NCBI GenBank assembly: GCA_030141605.1 | Contig: JAQGDQ010000019.1 | Coordinates: forward strand, 682,001 to 746,000 | Origin: Tubiluchus corallicola | Taxonomy: Eukaryota > Animalia > Priapulida | Length of the DNA: 64,000 bases | Direction of reading: 5' to 3' | Shown: one piece after another, positions 24,952-40,466 of the stretch | How positions within the stretch are numbered: position 1 is the stretch's first letter | How the letters are laid out: every line of letters starts with the position of its first letter | Made by a program: the position numbers and the translations under genes | Notes under the pieces: generated by a model | The model's database searches: none | Told to the model about the DNA's origin: nothing | Seen by the model: the letters and a program-made list of their open reading frames with translations, nothing else

Positions 24952-25872
24952 TATTTTAGCAATCAACTTACAAATATTCTCATTAATACTATTTAATGCC
25001 AATACTACAATTTTAGAACCAATAGAGACGCTAAGAATCTTTTCTCACTACGTAGTTAGTTGTGCTTCAATACAAAAGCGGAGGCCAGACTTGTCAAGTT
25101 TTTCTGCTGCCAAGAGATGTTGCGGAAGACCATTATCAGCCACTTGCCCATAAATTTCTACTATAACTGAGTGGCAGTCAGGCGTTTCCAGATCTTAATT
25201 ACTAGAGCTCATGATTTACTGGCATAAAGATAAAGTTACTGTGACGTCACATCAGCACTGAACAGCAAATTGAGCTAAGCTGCGGAGAAGACAAGGATGT
25301 ATGCCTATTTTATGAGCTAACTGTCTTATTGAGCTCACTAAATTACTAGCTTTGAAATTATTTTTGCTGCTTAACTAGTCTTTCTGAAATCTGCAACAAT
25401 AAATATTCGCTACACCATTTTGACTTCACCTTCTCTAAACTGACTTTTTATAATTGTTATAATTGTTATATTACTCCTTGCGACGTCGGTTTCGGAATAT
25501 CATGTCCATCATGATCCTCTTTTTTCGGAGACGCGACTCATCAGGTTTTATTTCGCTAATTACATTTATGATATTGTTAAAGTCAATTACACTCAATATG
25601 TTGAAACGCGAGCACACTCTCTTGAAAGAAAATTTTCTTTTTTATTAGAAAGCACTCTCTTAAACGAATGTCTTTTTTTCTGTTCGGATGTCTGGTAATA
25701 ATCTTCTTTCATACGCTCAGCATTGGTTCAGTCCTCTCAACTATACTGTCTATGACCACTGAACACATCAAATGATCTCTGTATTAACCAGAATAAATTC
25801 AAATGGTGGCACAGGACATGTTTAAACTGTATCAAAATATATGGAACGGAGTAAAGGTTTATACTTCTCAAA

Positions 25873-25873
<1 letters not shown>

Positions 25874-25915
<42 letters not shown>
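25874..25915. repeat. (CT)n microsatellite
   Basis: Direct reading. Confidence 0.95.
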
Positions 25916-25917
<2 letters not shown>

Positions 25918-27309
25918 GTCGAGATGTTAAGCATTCACGCTTTGGAAAATTGTAACTCAACACTAGCTCATAATCTTGCTGTATATACACTATTCTGGTC
26001 GACTTGATGCAATGGGAATTGTCACACATTATGGCTTTATTAGGACATTTAATTTAATTTGCTAGTTGCAATTCTGTAATGATAGTGTTGGCCGTAGGTC
26101 TATAGCATCAAAGTAATTTCCATCGAGGGAATAGGTTTGATATCTTCTAATACAACATCATCATTGTTATGAGGTCAATGTCCTGTTTAGCTCGACAAAT
26201 CCGACTGATGGATCCGTAGTTACCGTATTTTGGCAAGCAGCGACATCGCATGATTGAAACACTTCTACTATACTCATGATGGTGATGATGTTGATGATGT
26301 TAATAACGATGATGAAGACAATGACTGTTGGCTTCAAGATGTAGCACTTTGTTAGCATCTGCAAACTAAGCCTCTTAAGCTTATATAGCCAGCAGGTTTA
26401 CCAAGTATAGAGACACTGATAAATGTTGGGCTAACATGGAATGTATGCAGCACATAAATACATAAACAAGCTCCTATATGTAAGGGTTTCCATGAAGAGA
26501 GAGACACGGCTTGTGCATTAGAGCACATCTCAGGCCGGCTGTCTCCATGCTGGTTTAATTGTGAACATCAATACTACTTATTAGCCCTGGAACAGGTCAG
26601 CTGCTCGGTAGTAGAAAATTGCAGGCAAGCGACAGTTATGAAATAAAGCCTAATAATTCCCTGTGTCAACTGACACGAGATACGCACAGCATGATAATCA
26701 TACATTATAATAGAGATATAATTACGTCGCATAATTAGAAGTTTGATTCGTGATCGGGCAACCATATTCTCTACAGTGAGTGCTCTTTTCTCAGCAGACC
26801 GAAAGCCATGCTATAAACCTAACTGCCCACAAAGGAGGCAAACTAGCTTTTCTGAAATTTAAAACTAGAATGGACGATGAGATGGAAAACATAAAAGAAC
26901 ATTTTACTGGTTATTCAAACCAATCGCAGAATTATGACCTTGTTCACAAAATTACCAAATTTCTCTGATAATATTAATAACCACAAATATGCACAACTTT
27001 CGTTAAACTGTAATTGAATTTCTCTTAAGAACATCTTTATCGGAGTTCAATGGTACTTTCTCCTCTTTATCTTCCTTATCAGCCTCGTCATTTTTATCGT
27101 CACCGTCGTTGTAAGAGTTAGAGTCCCAGGACAACATTGGTACCAGCACAGCACAGCTATCATCATTGCTACATATATTGCCAATTGCAGCATTCTTGTT
27201 ATTCCTAGGTTATTTGTTCGACCTCTGATTTATGATAAATAGTAATTATACAGCACGATGTATTAACGAAAATAAATTTTAAACTTTTATTTGAATCGTC
27301 AATGCCGTT

Positions 27310-27510
27310 GCCATGTTCATCGTCATTACATCTATCAATTACCCTCAATTATTATTTTCATCACTGCTGTCAGTATTATCGTCATTGCCATTATTACAAC
27401 CAATGAGTTTAAATGCCTTTCCAACATCTCACCATCACCATTACCACAACTGCTACGGAAATCAACATTACTATTGCTACTGGTCGTCATTAGCATTGTT
27501 ACTGTTACCG

Positions 27511-27546
<36 letters not shown>

Positions 27547-27595
27547 CCATCATCGTCGTCGGCGTCGTCACCACCGCCGCCGCCGTTACTACCGC
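27310..27595. repeat. Degenerate (CAT)n/(CGT)n/(CGC)n trinucleotide low-complexity tract
   Basis: Pure (CAT)n core about 27511-27545; explains overlapping poly-I/S/M/D ORFs. Confidence 0.9.
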
Positions 27596-28070
27596 TGAGA
27601 TCTATGATTATTTTAAATGCTTGATTGTTCAGAAAGTGGTCTGTAGTACTTACACTTGATGTTAATAAACTGCGACAACAAATTATATCTTCCAAATATG
27701 ACAATTCCAGAAACATTACACTACAGCGGCTATTGCAAACTTGCACCTGTTGAAATGGCATTTAGCTTTGGCTTAAATAAATTAACATATATAATTATAG
27801 AATGAATTGATTTCACACCCAGTTGAAGCCATTTATCACGTGATGCCACTCCATCTCATCCTTTCTACAAGCCGCGGAGTGCCAGAAGTAATCTATATTT
27901 GATAAGTAGCCAACTAACGAATGGCAAGCAATCCATACACGACATACGCTATAGTTGCACTGTCTCAAGGGTGATGTCGCTCTGCAATTCAACGCTGCCG
28001 CAATAATTACATTTTTCTGTCATTCAGGTGTCCGGATCTTTGAACCTTCTAAACATCAATCAGAACAACG

Positions 28071-28901
28071 TTGATATTAAGAGTGACAGCTTCTTTGGCT
28101 TCACACTGGGAAAGTAAGCAAAATGCAGCTGGTCAAACAGCTATTCAAGCACTAGTGTAATGGAACTTGATAAGGAGACATACTGAGTGCCAGCAATCAA
28201 ACCTTTATTCAGATAGGTTACTAGCAATATCTGTTGGTCAAATGGTTTGGCCAGTCAGCGAGGCCGTTAAGCAAGCAGTCAATCGGTCAGTCGGTCTGTT
28301 GGCTGGTCGGTCTCTTGGTCAGTCGGTCCGTCGGATAGGCAGGCGGCTGCAAGACGCAATCACTTACAGGAAACATCACAATCTTCATATAAAACAGAAA
28401 TTAACTTGAATTAAATTTCGAAAATTTTAATTATTAGTTTCTCGCGGATATGCTTTAGTATTGTGTTAACATTACTGCTTAACGCAAATAATAACAGTAA
28501 CGGTTAATATTCGTTGAACTTTTAAAAACGAAAATGAAATACAACAGCACTGGATTAATAGTGTTAGCATGGCGAATTATTCCAAATAGGCGTCAAAATG
28601 AACGAATACAAATGTGACTGTCACACAGGAACATAAGTAATAATAGTAACACACCTATATATTAAAGAAACGTTTTATTTTAACCTTCAAGTTTATAATA
28701 TTACATGTACCAGCTGAAACTAAACAGAAATCTGTCAGTTGACATGCGAAACGTGGATTGGTTGACCTTTCTTTGCTTTGTAGCAATATAAAAACTTGCA
28801 TAATTGTAATTTTAACATTAGTGACTAGCTAAAGAGCTGCGATTTAATTCTTGCATATTAAGAATTGATTTTAAGAGTGACAGCTTCTTTGGCTTCACAC
28901 T
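28071..28901. repeat. 37-bp direct repeat pair, 794 bp apart
   Basis: ttgat(a/t)ttaagagtgacagcttctttggcttcacact at 28071-28107 and 28865-28901, one mismatch. Confidence 0.9.
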
Positions 28902-31900
28902 CAAGTAGTGTGCCAATTAAGTCAATGGTTTGTAGTATAATACCTGTGACTTCAGCAAAAAACAATTGGCGTTTCAACGAAAAAATCATCAACACATGTA
29001 CAAGTTCAATACTGGCTTCTTGCCTCTATGACTGAGAATTTAGCCTTATTTCATAAAAACTAGCCCATGGCTTTGAGTGCCTGGCAGCATGTGTGGGTGC
29101 ATTAACGAGTAAAACGATTAAACGATAGCTCAAGGTAGTCAAGTTTGCTTAATTCTGATATCAAATCTGAAGAGAGGATTGCATTGTCTCTAATCAATTC
29201 AGATATTTCTAATTAGTTTCTCGAACCGCTTAAAATGAAACTATTTATACTTTCTGGTCAAATGAGCAAAAACAACAAATGCAAAAGAAAATAAAAATTT
29301 ATTATTGACCATAGTTTTAAGATTATCAAATTAATGTGGTTTTTTTGTTTTATATCATAGTTTTTGGGCGAAAGGGAAAAATTTATGTGGAAAAATTGCA
29401 ATCAAACCAGAGGATATTTGAAATGCAAGCCAGACGTTTGAACTACTGACGATCACTGTCACCGTAGTAAAACCTGGTAACCCATTAGTCTTTTCAGCAT
29501 TCTTGGTTACGTCTAGCACGAAGGCGCATTTATTTTGCTTTTTTATTACACTGTTCATGTTGTTTTCACCTTCATTATCGATCATTTCTCGAAGGGACTT
29601 CTACGTGGATTAATGACTTCATGAATGGACGTCAACTTAGCAACATGAGTAGTTCTCATTTACAGTTCATTTTAGGAATACACGCATGAAGCTTCCCTAA
29701 TGATGACTGATTACTATTGGAATCTGTCTTCAAATGGCTGCTAATACTCCTCTGTCCTTCAACATCAGCGCATCGAGTACAGGCTTAACTAATACAGAAT
29801 GATATCAGCCATTAGTACGAACGCGAAAACGGAAATTACCCACCTGAATTATGATTTGTGTGGCTGCGAGTTTCTTCCTTTCTCCCAGTTTGTAAGAAGT
29901 CTGTGTTAAATTATAACAATTTTTCCCAGTGTCGAGCTCCGGTACAAAACCCAAAATTTAAACATGATCGCCCCGCCTACAGCATTAATAATTGGCCTTG
30001 TCATAGAGTGTTGATATTAAGTTTGTAGCATGCCGGTTTGCTTAAATAAATATTTTATAATTCAATGTTTGGGCTCTTTTTCGATGCACTTTAAATTATT
30101 TTACCAAACAAACTCCGGTAAGTTACCCGCCTACAAATATACTCAGACGCGCTGTCACAACTGAAAACCTTTAATAGCCTATGTAACACCATAATATTTC
30201 CCTAATGTGGACATGCACTTTTGTGCCATGCCCACATCAAATATTTCGTGGATCTCTATGGAATCTACACTTACAAATATATTCCTACAGATTGTTAGTG
30301 AAAAAAAGTGAATCAGCCATAAACTAAAACCAAATACTAAGATGCAAAAAATACCCTACAAGTTATCAGCGGAGAACTTTTTTATAGGAAACGAAGCTAA
30401 CATTAACAAAGACAAAAACAATATTTTTCAATATATTCTTAAAAAATGCTTGCTGACTTTAGCCTTTTTTGTCGCTATAAAAACGTATAAGTCCCAGTAA
30501 GTATTTTATTTTATACAGGAAGTCGGTCTCTAGGCTTTCATTAGCTTGTAAATCACATTATTCTTAGATTGATAAAAACTGAGAGACCGAAAGCTATTTA
30601 GGAAAATCCTTAGGGAGAGAGACAACAGTATGAATATTCTGCATAATTTTTGACATTTTATTAGTTTTCCAATTTAGTATATTACCAGTTTGTTTTCTTC
30701 AATTTGATGTCTTCTTAAATGTCAATAAAATTTGTTTTCAAGTATTAATACTGGGGATTCCTACGTTCCTTAATGGGATACCATCCCATTTAACCTCATT
30801 AGACGAACAGCACGACGGTCTTACTATCCTGGTAAACTAGCAATAACGGCACGTTTGTGTCTTTGAACTCGCAGGGCCAACTGGAAGTGTTTGACCCCAT
30901 TCGCGTATCCGTTTTCTTAATCTTTTAATCTCCTCGCGTATAAATCTAAGTTCTGATTACTGCTTGACTTCTAGAACCTATGGAACCTATGACTTCACGA
31001 AGGTCTTGAGATTGCACACATGCCGAGTTCCGCAAAAGGATCTTTGCACAAAACCAACGAATGAACGCCAACTTTACAAAGTAGTTAAAGTTCAGTACTT
31101 AATAAAATTACAACTCACCACAAATGCTATACCAGTATGTTGTCTTACAAGGTAAACGGTTATGAATCACAAAAGTAATCTTTACTGATGTGCTGCCTCG
31201 CATACCGTGCTCGAACCAATTGCCAGACTTTGTTACGCTGTCACAATATTTCATGACGTATAAAACTGACACAGCTTGCAAGCTATTGATCTTTAAATAT
31301 GTATTTTACTGTGAACTGACACTGCGATGGCATTACGTTTTCATAAAAATCGTTTTAAACAAAACCATTGTTGCTCCTTGTCCAATGCAGTACGCTTTTC
31401 ACTAATTATTGATTACTTATCGTGGACTGGTAAGATTTTTGTTGGATTAATTTAGTTTCCTGTTCTGTCCTGTTGTCCTGAATGCTATTGGCCCTGTTTC
31501 AAAATTTACCCTACTTTCTTTCCCGAGAAACAGAATCTTGCTAATTGTTTATTTATGGCTAAACAGTGCGTTGATTGATTATTGGGAGAAAAGTAAAACG
31601 TTCCTCGAGGTCATCATTTTAAGGAGATTTATGACAAAATTCAATGAGTATTTTTGAAATACCAAAAAATAAGTTTATCAAAACTTTTTTATGTATTTCG
31701 GTACACAGCAAACCAAAATTCAACATTCATCACCAGTGTGCACTCAACATTGATGTTACGTCATTTCATCTTGAAATTAGGTGAGTAGCGAAATAAGGCC
31801 CATACAATATTATAATACACGCTTCGAGCAAAATGCAGTTTAGAATATAAGTGGACGGCTATACTACGTTCAAAAATTGCCAACAGTTCTGAATCTTCTG

Positions 31901-34900
31901 ACTTTAGATCTGGACAACCTCTTCCAACTCAGACAGCGAAGCCAGATATTCGAGTACGAAGCTGCGCTAGAATTAGAGCCCAGTTGTCGACCGGCTGCAC
32001 TCATTGTTTGCCTCGTGTACGTATCTTTTTTCTTTCTTGTTCAAAAATAGTGGAAATTCTGGTAAGCCTAGATGGTCGAATGGTGTCAAGGTCTTGTCGG
32101 CAGTAGAACGGAAGCCAAGGAGCGTGAATTCCACGAATTCAAGGCATTTCGGACGCAACTCTGGCAAATCCTTGACAATAAAAACATGGCATGGATGTGA
32201 TTTTGTTTATAGTTTCTCTACATCAGTTGAGTTTGTATGTAAATAATGTAACAGTGTAGTGCTACATATACACGAGGCTAAGCTAAGACTAGAGCTCAAT
32301 GCAATTTTAGCCTGGGCGCATATCTAAAATTAGAATCTTACATGTATGTTCATTACTAAACCACAAATTGTGTCCTGACATGTTTGATAATAGTAATTTC
32401 TACACGACTCTTATTTTTCGTTTTAACATAGGTAAGTACAGTATAGTGTACGTGAGCGAAGGAGACATCTTTATTCAACAAGTGCACTGGTAAGTCACAA
32501 GAACAGCGAACCATACCTTTCCTCAGTACTGTAATCACCTACCTCAGCATGCAGCTATACTTCAACAATGAAAAGCTTCGCATAAAATAAATACGTACAA
32601 TTATTAAATAATACTCTAAATATCTTAAAAACGCACTTAACTTTGTAATCATATATTGCTTGGCTGTCAGCATAATACATGTATTTATTGTTTGTGTAAC
32701 AGGATTACACCCTGTGCAAGTACAAAAAACATTATAAGATTGTTTATTGTTTTTAGTGTGTCTCGCCAAATACATTAAAAGCTGATAAAGCATTAAAATC
32801 ACCCCAAAGTAAAAAGATGAATTCGTCCGAATATCTCCATAAATCACACTTTTAATGAATTCATCTGCTTACGCCCTTTCTCTACTGTTTTTAAGTTGTC
32901 AGTAATTCGGGGGTTATTATCACTCAAGTCAGCTAAGTAGAGCTCAAGCAGCATTCACTCACCAATGATAATTAATGCGCCAACATGCACGCAGTGATTC
33001 ACTTTCAAGGACCTAGCTCTTTGCGTGCTTCCTATTGATTTGACCTATAAGGTTTGAAAGTCAATATTGTTCGTTACACATTTCCCTGTCAGATCAAATT
33101 CTCTGACGAGGAAATGCTTAGCGTAATGATTAGCTCATATTGTATTTGGGTTAAAAGCGTCACGGCCCTACAGAAGCCAGCTAAGATAAAACTCCCTGCA
33201 CTCATCGTGTTCTTGCTAATGATGTTTCGAAAACTCGCTCTATTAACTATGGGTACATGTGATTTCTGTGCTGTTTCTGCATATTTGCCATCGCAGTATC
33301 AGGAATTGTAGCTCACTTATGTATTCTAGTACCTAATTATCAATGCTCTAGTAACAAATTAAGCTACAAATATCAAGCTGACAGAAGATAAAACATTTTG
33401 TGGCCAAGAAATATGTGATTCTACACCTGACTATCTTTCATCAAAAAGGAAATCATTTGGACGCAATACATTGATTTGCACCTGTCAATGCACCTTTCAC
33501 AAGCGTTTACAGGCTGCAAATAAAATAATAAAAACTAAGAGATTTTACTGTCTGCAAAAATTGTTGATGTGCTTTCGATATGATCTCAAAAAATATAAAT
33601 ATGGGTTGCGTATTAAGTTTAAATTAGCAATCTTCGGCAGGTGAAATTTGGACCTATAAAATTTGTCGCACGACTTGAGCAACTTTTTGTAAGTAAATAG
33701 TAGCTTGACACTAAATAGAAACGTCTATACTTAGTTACCAATGTTCTACAGTATAGCTACCAATAGCTAACATTTTGAATACTAAAGATGCCCACTGATA
33801 TTCAGTGTTTGACGCATAGCTAAGTACCAGTTTCAAGATGATGGTTAATTCCAATTCTCTTGCATTCGTTCAAATCAATAATAAGGAAGTTTAGAAAGAT
33901 CCTGGTGGACGCATTTCTGATCAAAGAGAATAATTTTTGCTTTGCAGAAGGCTTAATGGACTGGCTCTCGCGGTTAGTTGAAACCAAAAACCGACAAGAA
34001 AAGCTTTTGACAGTTTCAAACATTTTTCTCAGAGAAAGTGAGTTTGGATTAGCCACTCTATTTATTATGAGGTGACTACGAACGTAAAGAAGACGCCATA
34101 ATCCATTGATAAACTACCTTCCGATTGATAAATGATTGCTGGAAGTGGAAAATTTTACCTTTTCGTGTAACGTTTACGAAAATTTTTTAAGAATTAAACC
34201 ATACAAAATCAACCGAATATTAATTGATTTTTAACATTATTGCTGCCTGTAGAATCAATTAATCATTCAAGAAAAATTCTACGAGCGAATCTGTAGGAGT
34301 CTATCCAGGAATTGAACCAAGGACTTTATGAGTGCCTGTCATCCATGCTAGCGTTATATCACTACATCGCATATAGGCTCCTCAAGTTTGACTTCAATAC
34401 AATTTCATAACTCAGCAGAAAAGCTAGACATGAAAAAATTGGTTTGAGGTGGTGTAACACTTAACATATATATGTGACTGGTAGTCAGAAAGCTAAGAGT
34501 TCAGATCCTGTATGAACAATGAATAATATCCCTATTAACGTCCTTTCGTCAAATTAAGTTGAATTGTGCAACTGCACCAAAAGAAGATAATTTAAGAGAT
34601 TGAGTGTGAAATAACTTACAAGATATCCCTTTTTGCGTATTATCTATACCGAGGAAAGAGGTACTAATTCAGTAATTATTGTAACTCAGGTTAAATAGAG
34701 ACTGATATGCACCAGCTTCGTACGATTCAAAGCCATTCCTTCCCAGGACCTGTGGTGTGACAGAAAGGCACTAACCTGACGAGAGGGCTCGTCATACTAC
34801 CGCAAGATATTTATAGTTGGCATTTTTTAATCAAATATTAATGGGCACTGTGAAGAGATTGCAGCTCAAACGAAAATGTTTTGTTAGTTAATAATTAGTT

Positions 34901-36413
34901 ATGGTAATTGCTCGCTCATAAAATATTGCTATTCTGTGAACATTCTATGAGTATATGTTTTCTATTACCCCTAAAAGAAAATCTGTTTTTTTCCACAATA
35001 ATTTTCGAGCATATACTACCAATTAGGCTGCCATGTAATTAAGTCACTATCAGCAAAGAAGAAGAAATTTATCACTCCATGGAATGGACAGAAAACTTCT
35101 ATGCTTCTATAAGCGAATTAAATGACATAAGCCAAATAAACAAGTCGCGATGGTGATTGCTTTCTTGTCTTGAGAATGAGATTTTTTAAGCTCACAATTA
35201 TTGAGAATCTACCTCCTTAAATGTGAATAACGTGATGTCACGTGCAAAACATGAGATAATAACGATAGTCGGGGTACATGCCAAAAGGAATTTCCGTTTT
35301 GAACTACAGTTGACTTCTAGGTAAATGATTTTCGATATAGTAGCATATCATTTTTTAGTGTAAAGCGTACCGTTTCTTTTTGTTGTTTTTTTTATGTTAA
35401 TACTTACGTGGTTGATTTATTTTCAAAAATTAATTAAATAACGAATATTACTCATATGGGAGTGCTTTGGTAGTAGTTTGGTTTTGAAAATAAGTTTTAT
35501 TGATAACTTAGTGCTAGTTGTTTGAGAAAGTTGGAATTAACAGAAAAGAAAGATTGTCATTAATGATCCTATAGAAGCATCGAAAGCCATCTGACTCTGG
35601 TTCACTAATGTTCAGACAAGATATTTCGCTGGTCTGCGCTACTGACCATGCAGTTAGGGACACAAATTGCAGCAGCTTATCCGCTCCAGCTGAGGTAACA
35701 AATGCAAAAATTGTGTTAGCTAAACAATACACATTTTTACAGCTGCAAGAAGCTGGGACCAGTTTGTCTGAAAGCAAACAATATTAGCTACTAATGACGC
35801 GACTGGCTTCGCGCGCTTGCTCCTCCACAACTCTTATGAAACATTCATTTTAATCATGCCCATGCATGGCAGAAAATTTACATCATCGAATCTAATAAAT
35901 ATAATATACTGTCGAGCTATTTATTAAACATGGCAAACGGAACCTGCATAAGCGCACTGGGAGCAATAAAATCATGTATCCGCATCTTTAACCCTTTTGA
36001 TGCGATTGGCAGAAAATATGTGTCCTTTCAGTTATATGTAAATAACTTAAACTCCAATTAATGAAGATAATGGTAGTCATTCCATTGACACAGGTAATGG
36101 CACGGGTGTATAGCACTGGTCCTTTATCTTTTGTCATACTTGTCCAGTTGTCCTGTAGCACAGCAATTATTACAGTAGCTTTGCTACCGTCAGTTTTTTT
36201 AGTTACGAAATTAGTGACTGAAGTTAAGCATCACCAGTCTTGAGAGTAAATTGATAGTGTACTTCAGAAAAATCCGTTCATCTGTCGCACTGCCTAGGAG
36301 TACTTTTCTCGTTAAGAAAGAAGGTATATAAATCCGAACGTACCGCTGCCGGATTGGAATCTCATCTTTTAAGTAGAAGATTGTCTTTAATGTTGAGATA
36401 GCCTAGCCACAAT

Positions 36414-36489
36414 AGAGAGAAAGAGAAAAGAGAGAAATAGAGAGGGAGCGAGAATGAAAGGGAGGGAGAAAAAGGGGAAGGGGAGGAAG

Positions 36490-36523
<34 letters not shown>

Positions 36524-36583
36524 GGAGAAAGGGGGAAAGGAAAAAGAAGAAGACAGAGTGCAGAGAGAGCAAGGGAGGAGAGA

Positions 36584-36624
<41 letters not shown>

Positions 36625-36645
36625 AAGAGGGAGAAAGAGAGAGAG
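36414..36645. repeat. Polypurine (AG)-rich tract
   Basis: Direct reading. Confidence 0.95.
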
Positions 36646-37261
36646 CTGTCCCTGCCGTCCATTGGTGTGTACCAGTTTACAGTGTGCCGATTTAATAGAA
36701 GCTATAGTAATTGGCTTCAATTTGAAGTTATTTTGTTGTTTATTGGGATGCCTTTTGTTTGGCTTGCGATTTGCTGCAGAGTGGTTTGCTCAGATAAGTT
36801 TTATTACGCTATCAAATAACGTGGGAAACAAAACAGCTCCCTGTGGCAGACTGTGGCTAATACTCATAGCAAGCAATCAAAATTATATAAACCGGCAGTC
36901 GGTGGAAATAATGACCAGCCCGGAAACATTTTTCGCAAAACGCATTTTATGCAACATTTTCCAGGGAATGAAGCTCCTAATTAGATAATGGTAAGTTTTA
37001 ACATAGCTATCGAATTAATTGCTAAGCTAGAATAACACCCAACGGAATTCGTGAAATTGAACGAATTTCACACAGAGCGTTAAAACGTGTCTTGCTTAGT
37101 AAAATGCAATAATCTCCTCAGAAATGAGCAGTGTCATTGAATTTTTCTCTGTGAGGAAAAGGTGCATTATAGTTAGTGACGCCTACAAATTAAAGAGGAC
37201 CTATTGTTAGTCGTGTGATTAGGACTTACATTTAATTTTTTTACTAGTTTTTCTCTAACCA

Positions 37262-37501
<240 letters not shown>

Positions 37502-40368
37502 AACTGTGGACATCACGCTGCTCAAAGAATCCTTCCCATTTAACAATACGTATTAGTCGAAAAATAGGTCGTATCTCGGACGGAAATAATTTTTCGAAAA
37601 ACGAAAGCTTTGTGGCCAGCATCCAGGGCACGACTATAAAAACTATATAAAAAACTCAGGTAGGCGTGTCGTGGATCTCGACATCCAGCATGAGCATATA
37701 CGTCCGAAGTCAGTGCTCCAATTCTGTTCTTGAGCACGTTTTGCTAGGAAATGCCGCACCCAGGAAACTATTTGGTAAAAGATTAATGAAAGTTAACACT
37801 TTTAACTTGTCTCCCTTGCTATTGTGCATCTTTTATTGTTTTATTTTTAATGTATGCATGGATACTTTAATAAATAAATAAATAAAATAAATAAAAAGTA
37901 CATATGTACAAACATCTCTTTTGCTATATTGTTAATAGATGCGTGCATTATTATACATTTCAGTGTGCAATATGATACGATGCAATAATTGAAAAAATCG
38001 GAAATCAGTTATATTGCTACGAAAAAATCTTGAAAATATCCTGAATCATCCTACGTTATTAAACTTGGTAAATGTAAAAAAATGTAAATACAAATCAGAG
38101 AAAACGGATAGACTTGCTAATTTGCAAAAAATAATTAAAACAAGTTACGTACAGCATACATATAATAATCAAAAGCTGTTTTCGGGATTTTAAATAACAC
38201 GAAGAAAAACACCTGACGTCGACTTTATAAATAAAATAATCACACTATGTGAGTTTTTTAAATTCAAGTAGAAGAGCCAATTTCCTGCAAACAGCTTTCC
38301 TTGCGAATGAAGTGAGACTGAGAAGTAGGTTGGTTTCCATCAGGAGGCGATGGTATGAGACAGCGACGGGAATTCTACCAGAAAACGTGGGATTTCCGAC
38401 AGTTAATACTTAAAATAAAAGAATGAATTTTCATGCTCCTAATTAACAATTTCAGGTTAAAATTTAATTTAACATTAATGTAGCCGGGTCGATACTAAAA
38501 GCTAATGAAAAATTTAGCAATAATCTACCTGAGACAAAAACAGGTGCTAAACGAAAACTCGCAAAACCTGGTTAGATCACACTTCAGATTTTGTCATCTT
38601 CTCAACAGTGTGCTGCAAGTTGGATGCCAAGTTCAACATTGGTAACCGCTTAACTGAACTGCCACGGTTGATCTATGGATGATGGATGACGCCTAAAAGT
38701 CAGTTATGAAATGGGCCAATCAGAAAGCAGTATTCCTGTCACGTAAACTTCAGGTGCAGGTTTTAAACTTAAGGTAGGCATGCTGTCACCATAACACTAC
38801 AACATAACACCATAACATAACACTTTTTCGCTGACACATACTAAGTACTCTTCAAAATAAGCATTGATTTTGGAAGACCAACCACAAAATCTGGGTTGCT
38901 AATACTAAGAGATGAATAAAACTTGGCCGCAACAATGCGAAACGAATCAACGAATAATTATTGCGATAATACCATTAGCAGCAACGAGATTTTTCTATTA
39001 CGTTTGTAAGATAGCGTAAGCCCGTGAAGTGATACAAAAACGTTTGCCAATATTAAAATATCAGTCATTTTGCTGTAGTTGCTTAAAATTTCTGCATCAC
39101 TTTCACGTAGTGGTAGGCTACCTTTTGTGTCGAAAAACACCAAATAATTAAAACTTCTAATTTGAAATTTGGCAACAATATTACACAAACTGTATCGTAT
39201 TATATAACAGCGGTACTGTAATTTGCACTGTAAACATGGAAATCAATATGGCAAAGGACGGTGGTCAACATTGCGTGTTGTACAGCAAATAGTTTAATAA
39301 GAGGCAAATTATGTATTCCAATATGTAACATTACTGTTCATTTCCATTTGCGTGTGCAAATGTGTATATACATTGTACATTCACTATAAGGTAATTTAAA
39401 CATAAAACACCTGTCAATGAGAACGCGAAATGGATGCCAAAAACATAGAAAGACCAAGTCAAATGGCTGCGACGCCTGGTAGTGAACTTTATCAATAACA
39501 CAGTACTTTCATATTTAAGATGTCCTGCGTTTTTTTCTCCAAACAGAAATTAGCCCACTATACATGCCAACTGGTATTTATTTACTTTGAACATTTCTCG
39601 AAAGTGGTAACATTTCGCCATTCATTCCAAATTTACAAATTATTTTCATAAGCTTCAAGCAATTAAAGTCGTATTATTCTGAGCGTTTTCAAATTTATTA
39701 CGCGGCTGAGAGTACGGCTTATTGGCTGACTGATTAAATGTTACAGCTGACGGGCTGGATAGCTGCCTGGCTGACTGATTGACCAACTGTTTACATGTCT
39801 GACTAACTATTAACTTGTTGGGTGACTAAATCTTTCCTGCTTACACGCGCATTTGCTTGTTCATATACTTGCTTAGTCAGACGCTTAAAATTGTCTCAGT
39901 CCAGATTGACCACGATGGTAAGCAGCGTTGCTGTCGAGAGTTTGACCTTGGCAAGAGGCAAATATAAATTAAGGCAGCTCAACGACTTTTAAAGTGAAGC
40001 CACCAGACAGAATGTCAGTTGGACAAATCCAGGACAACCGCAAAGAGTGATTTGTGTCCAAAATGTTTTCATACTATTTCAGAGCTAAGGTACATTAGTA
40101 ATGCACATTTTCTAAATTCCCGTGTTTTGTATGCCAATCTGAGTCCACAACAAGAGGCAGAATTAGGCATGGAATTAGGCTAAATTTTATGATTTTCACA
40201 CAAAGTAACGCCATTCTGCTGTAAAAGTGTACATGTACTTCGCTCGCAAAGAACTTGTGTTGCAGACTATACTTTAATCCTTTTAACAGCCTTTCAAGAA
40301 AGACGAAATAGTTAAGAAACATTTTATAGAAAGTGAAAAAACGGGATGATGATGATAATATTAATACT

Positions 40369-40369
40369 A

Positions 40370-40466
<97 letters not shown>

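Noticed and set aside
27291-27761. Overlapping homopolymer ORFs (also 40095-40469, 42845-43105)
   Set aside because: Trinucleotide repeats that lack stops in several frames.
30840-32250. Coding-like minus-strand stretches (e.g. LRFIREEIKRLRKRIREWG)
   Set aside because: No recognisable domain, stops present, no coherent splice model; possibly an old transposon relic.
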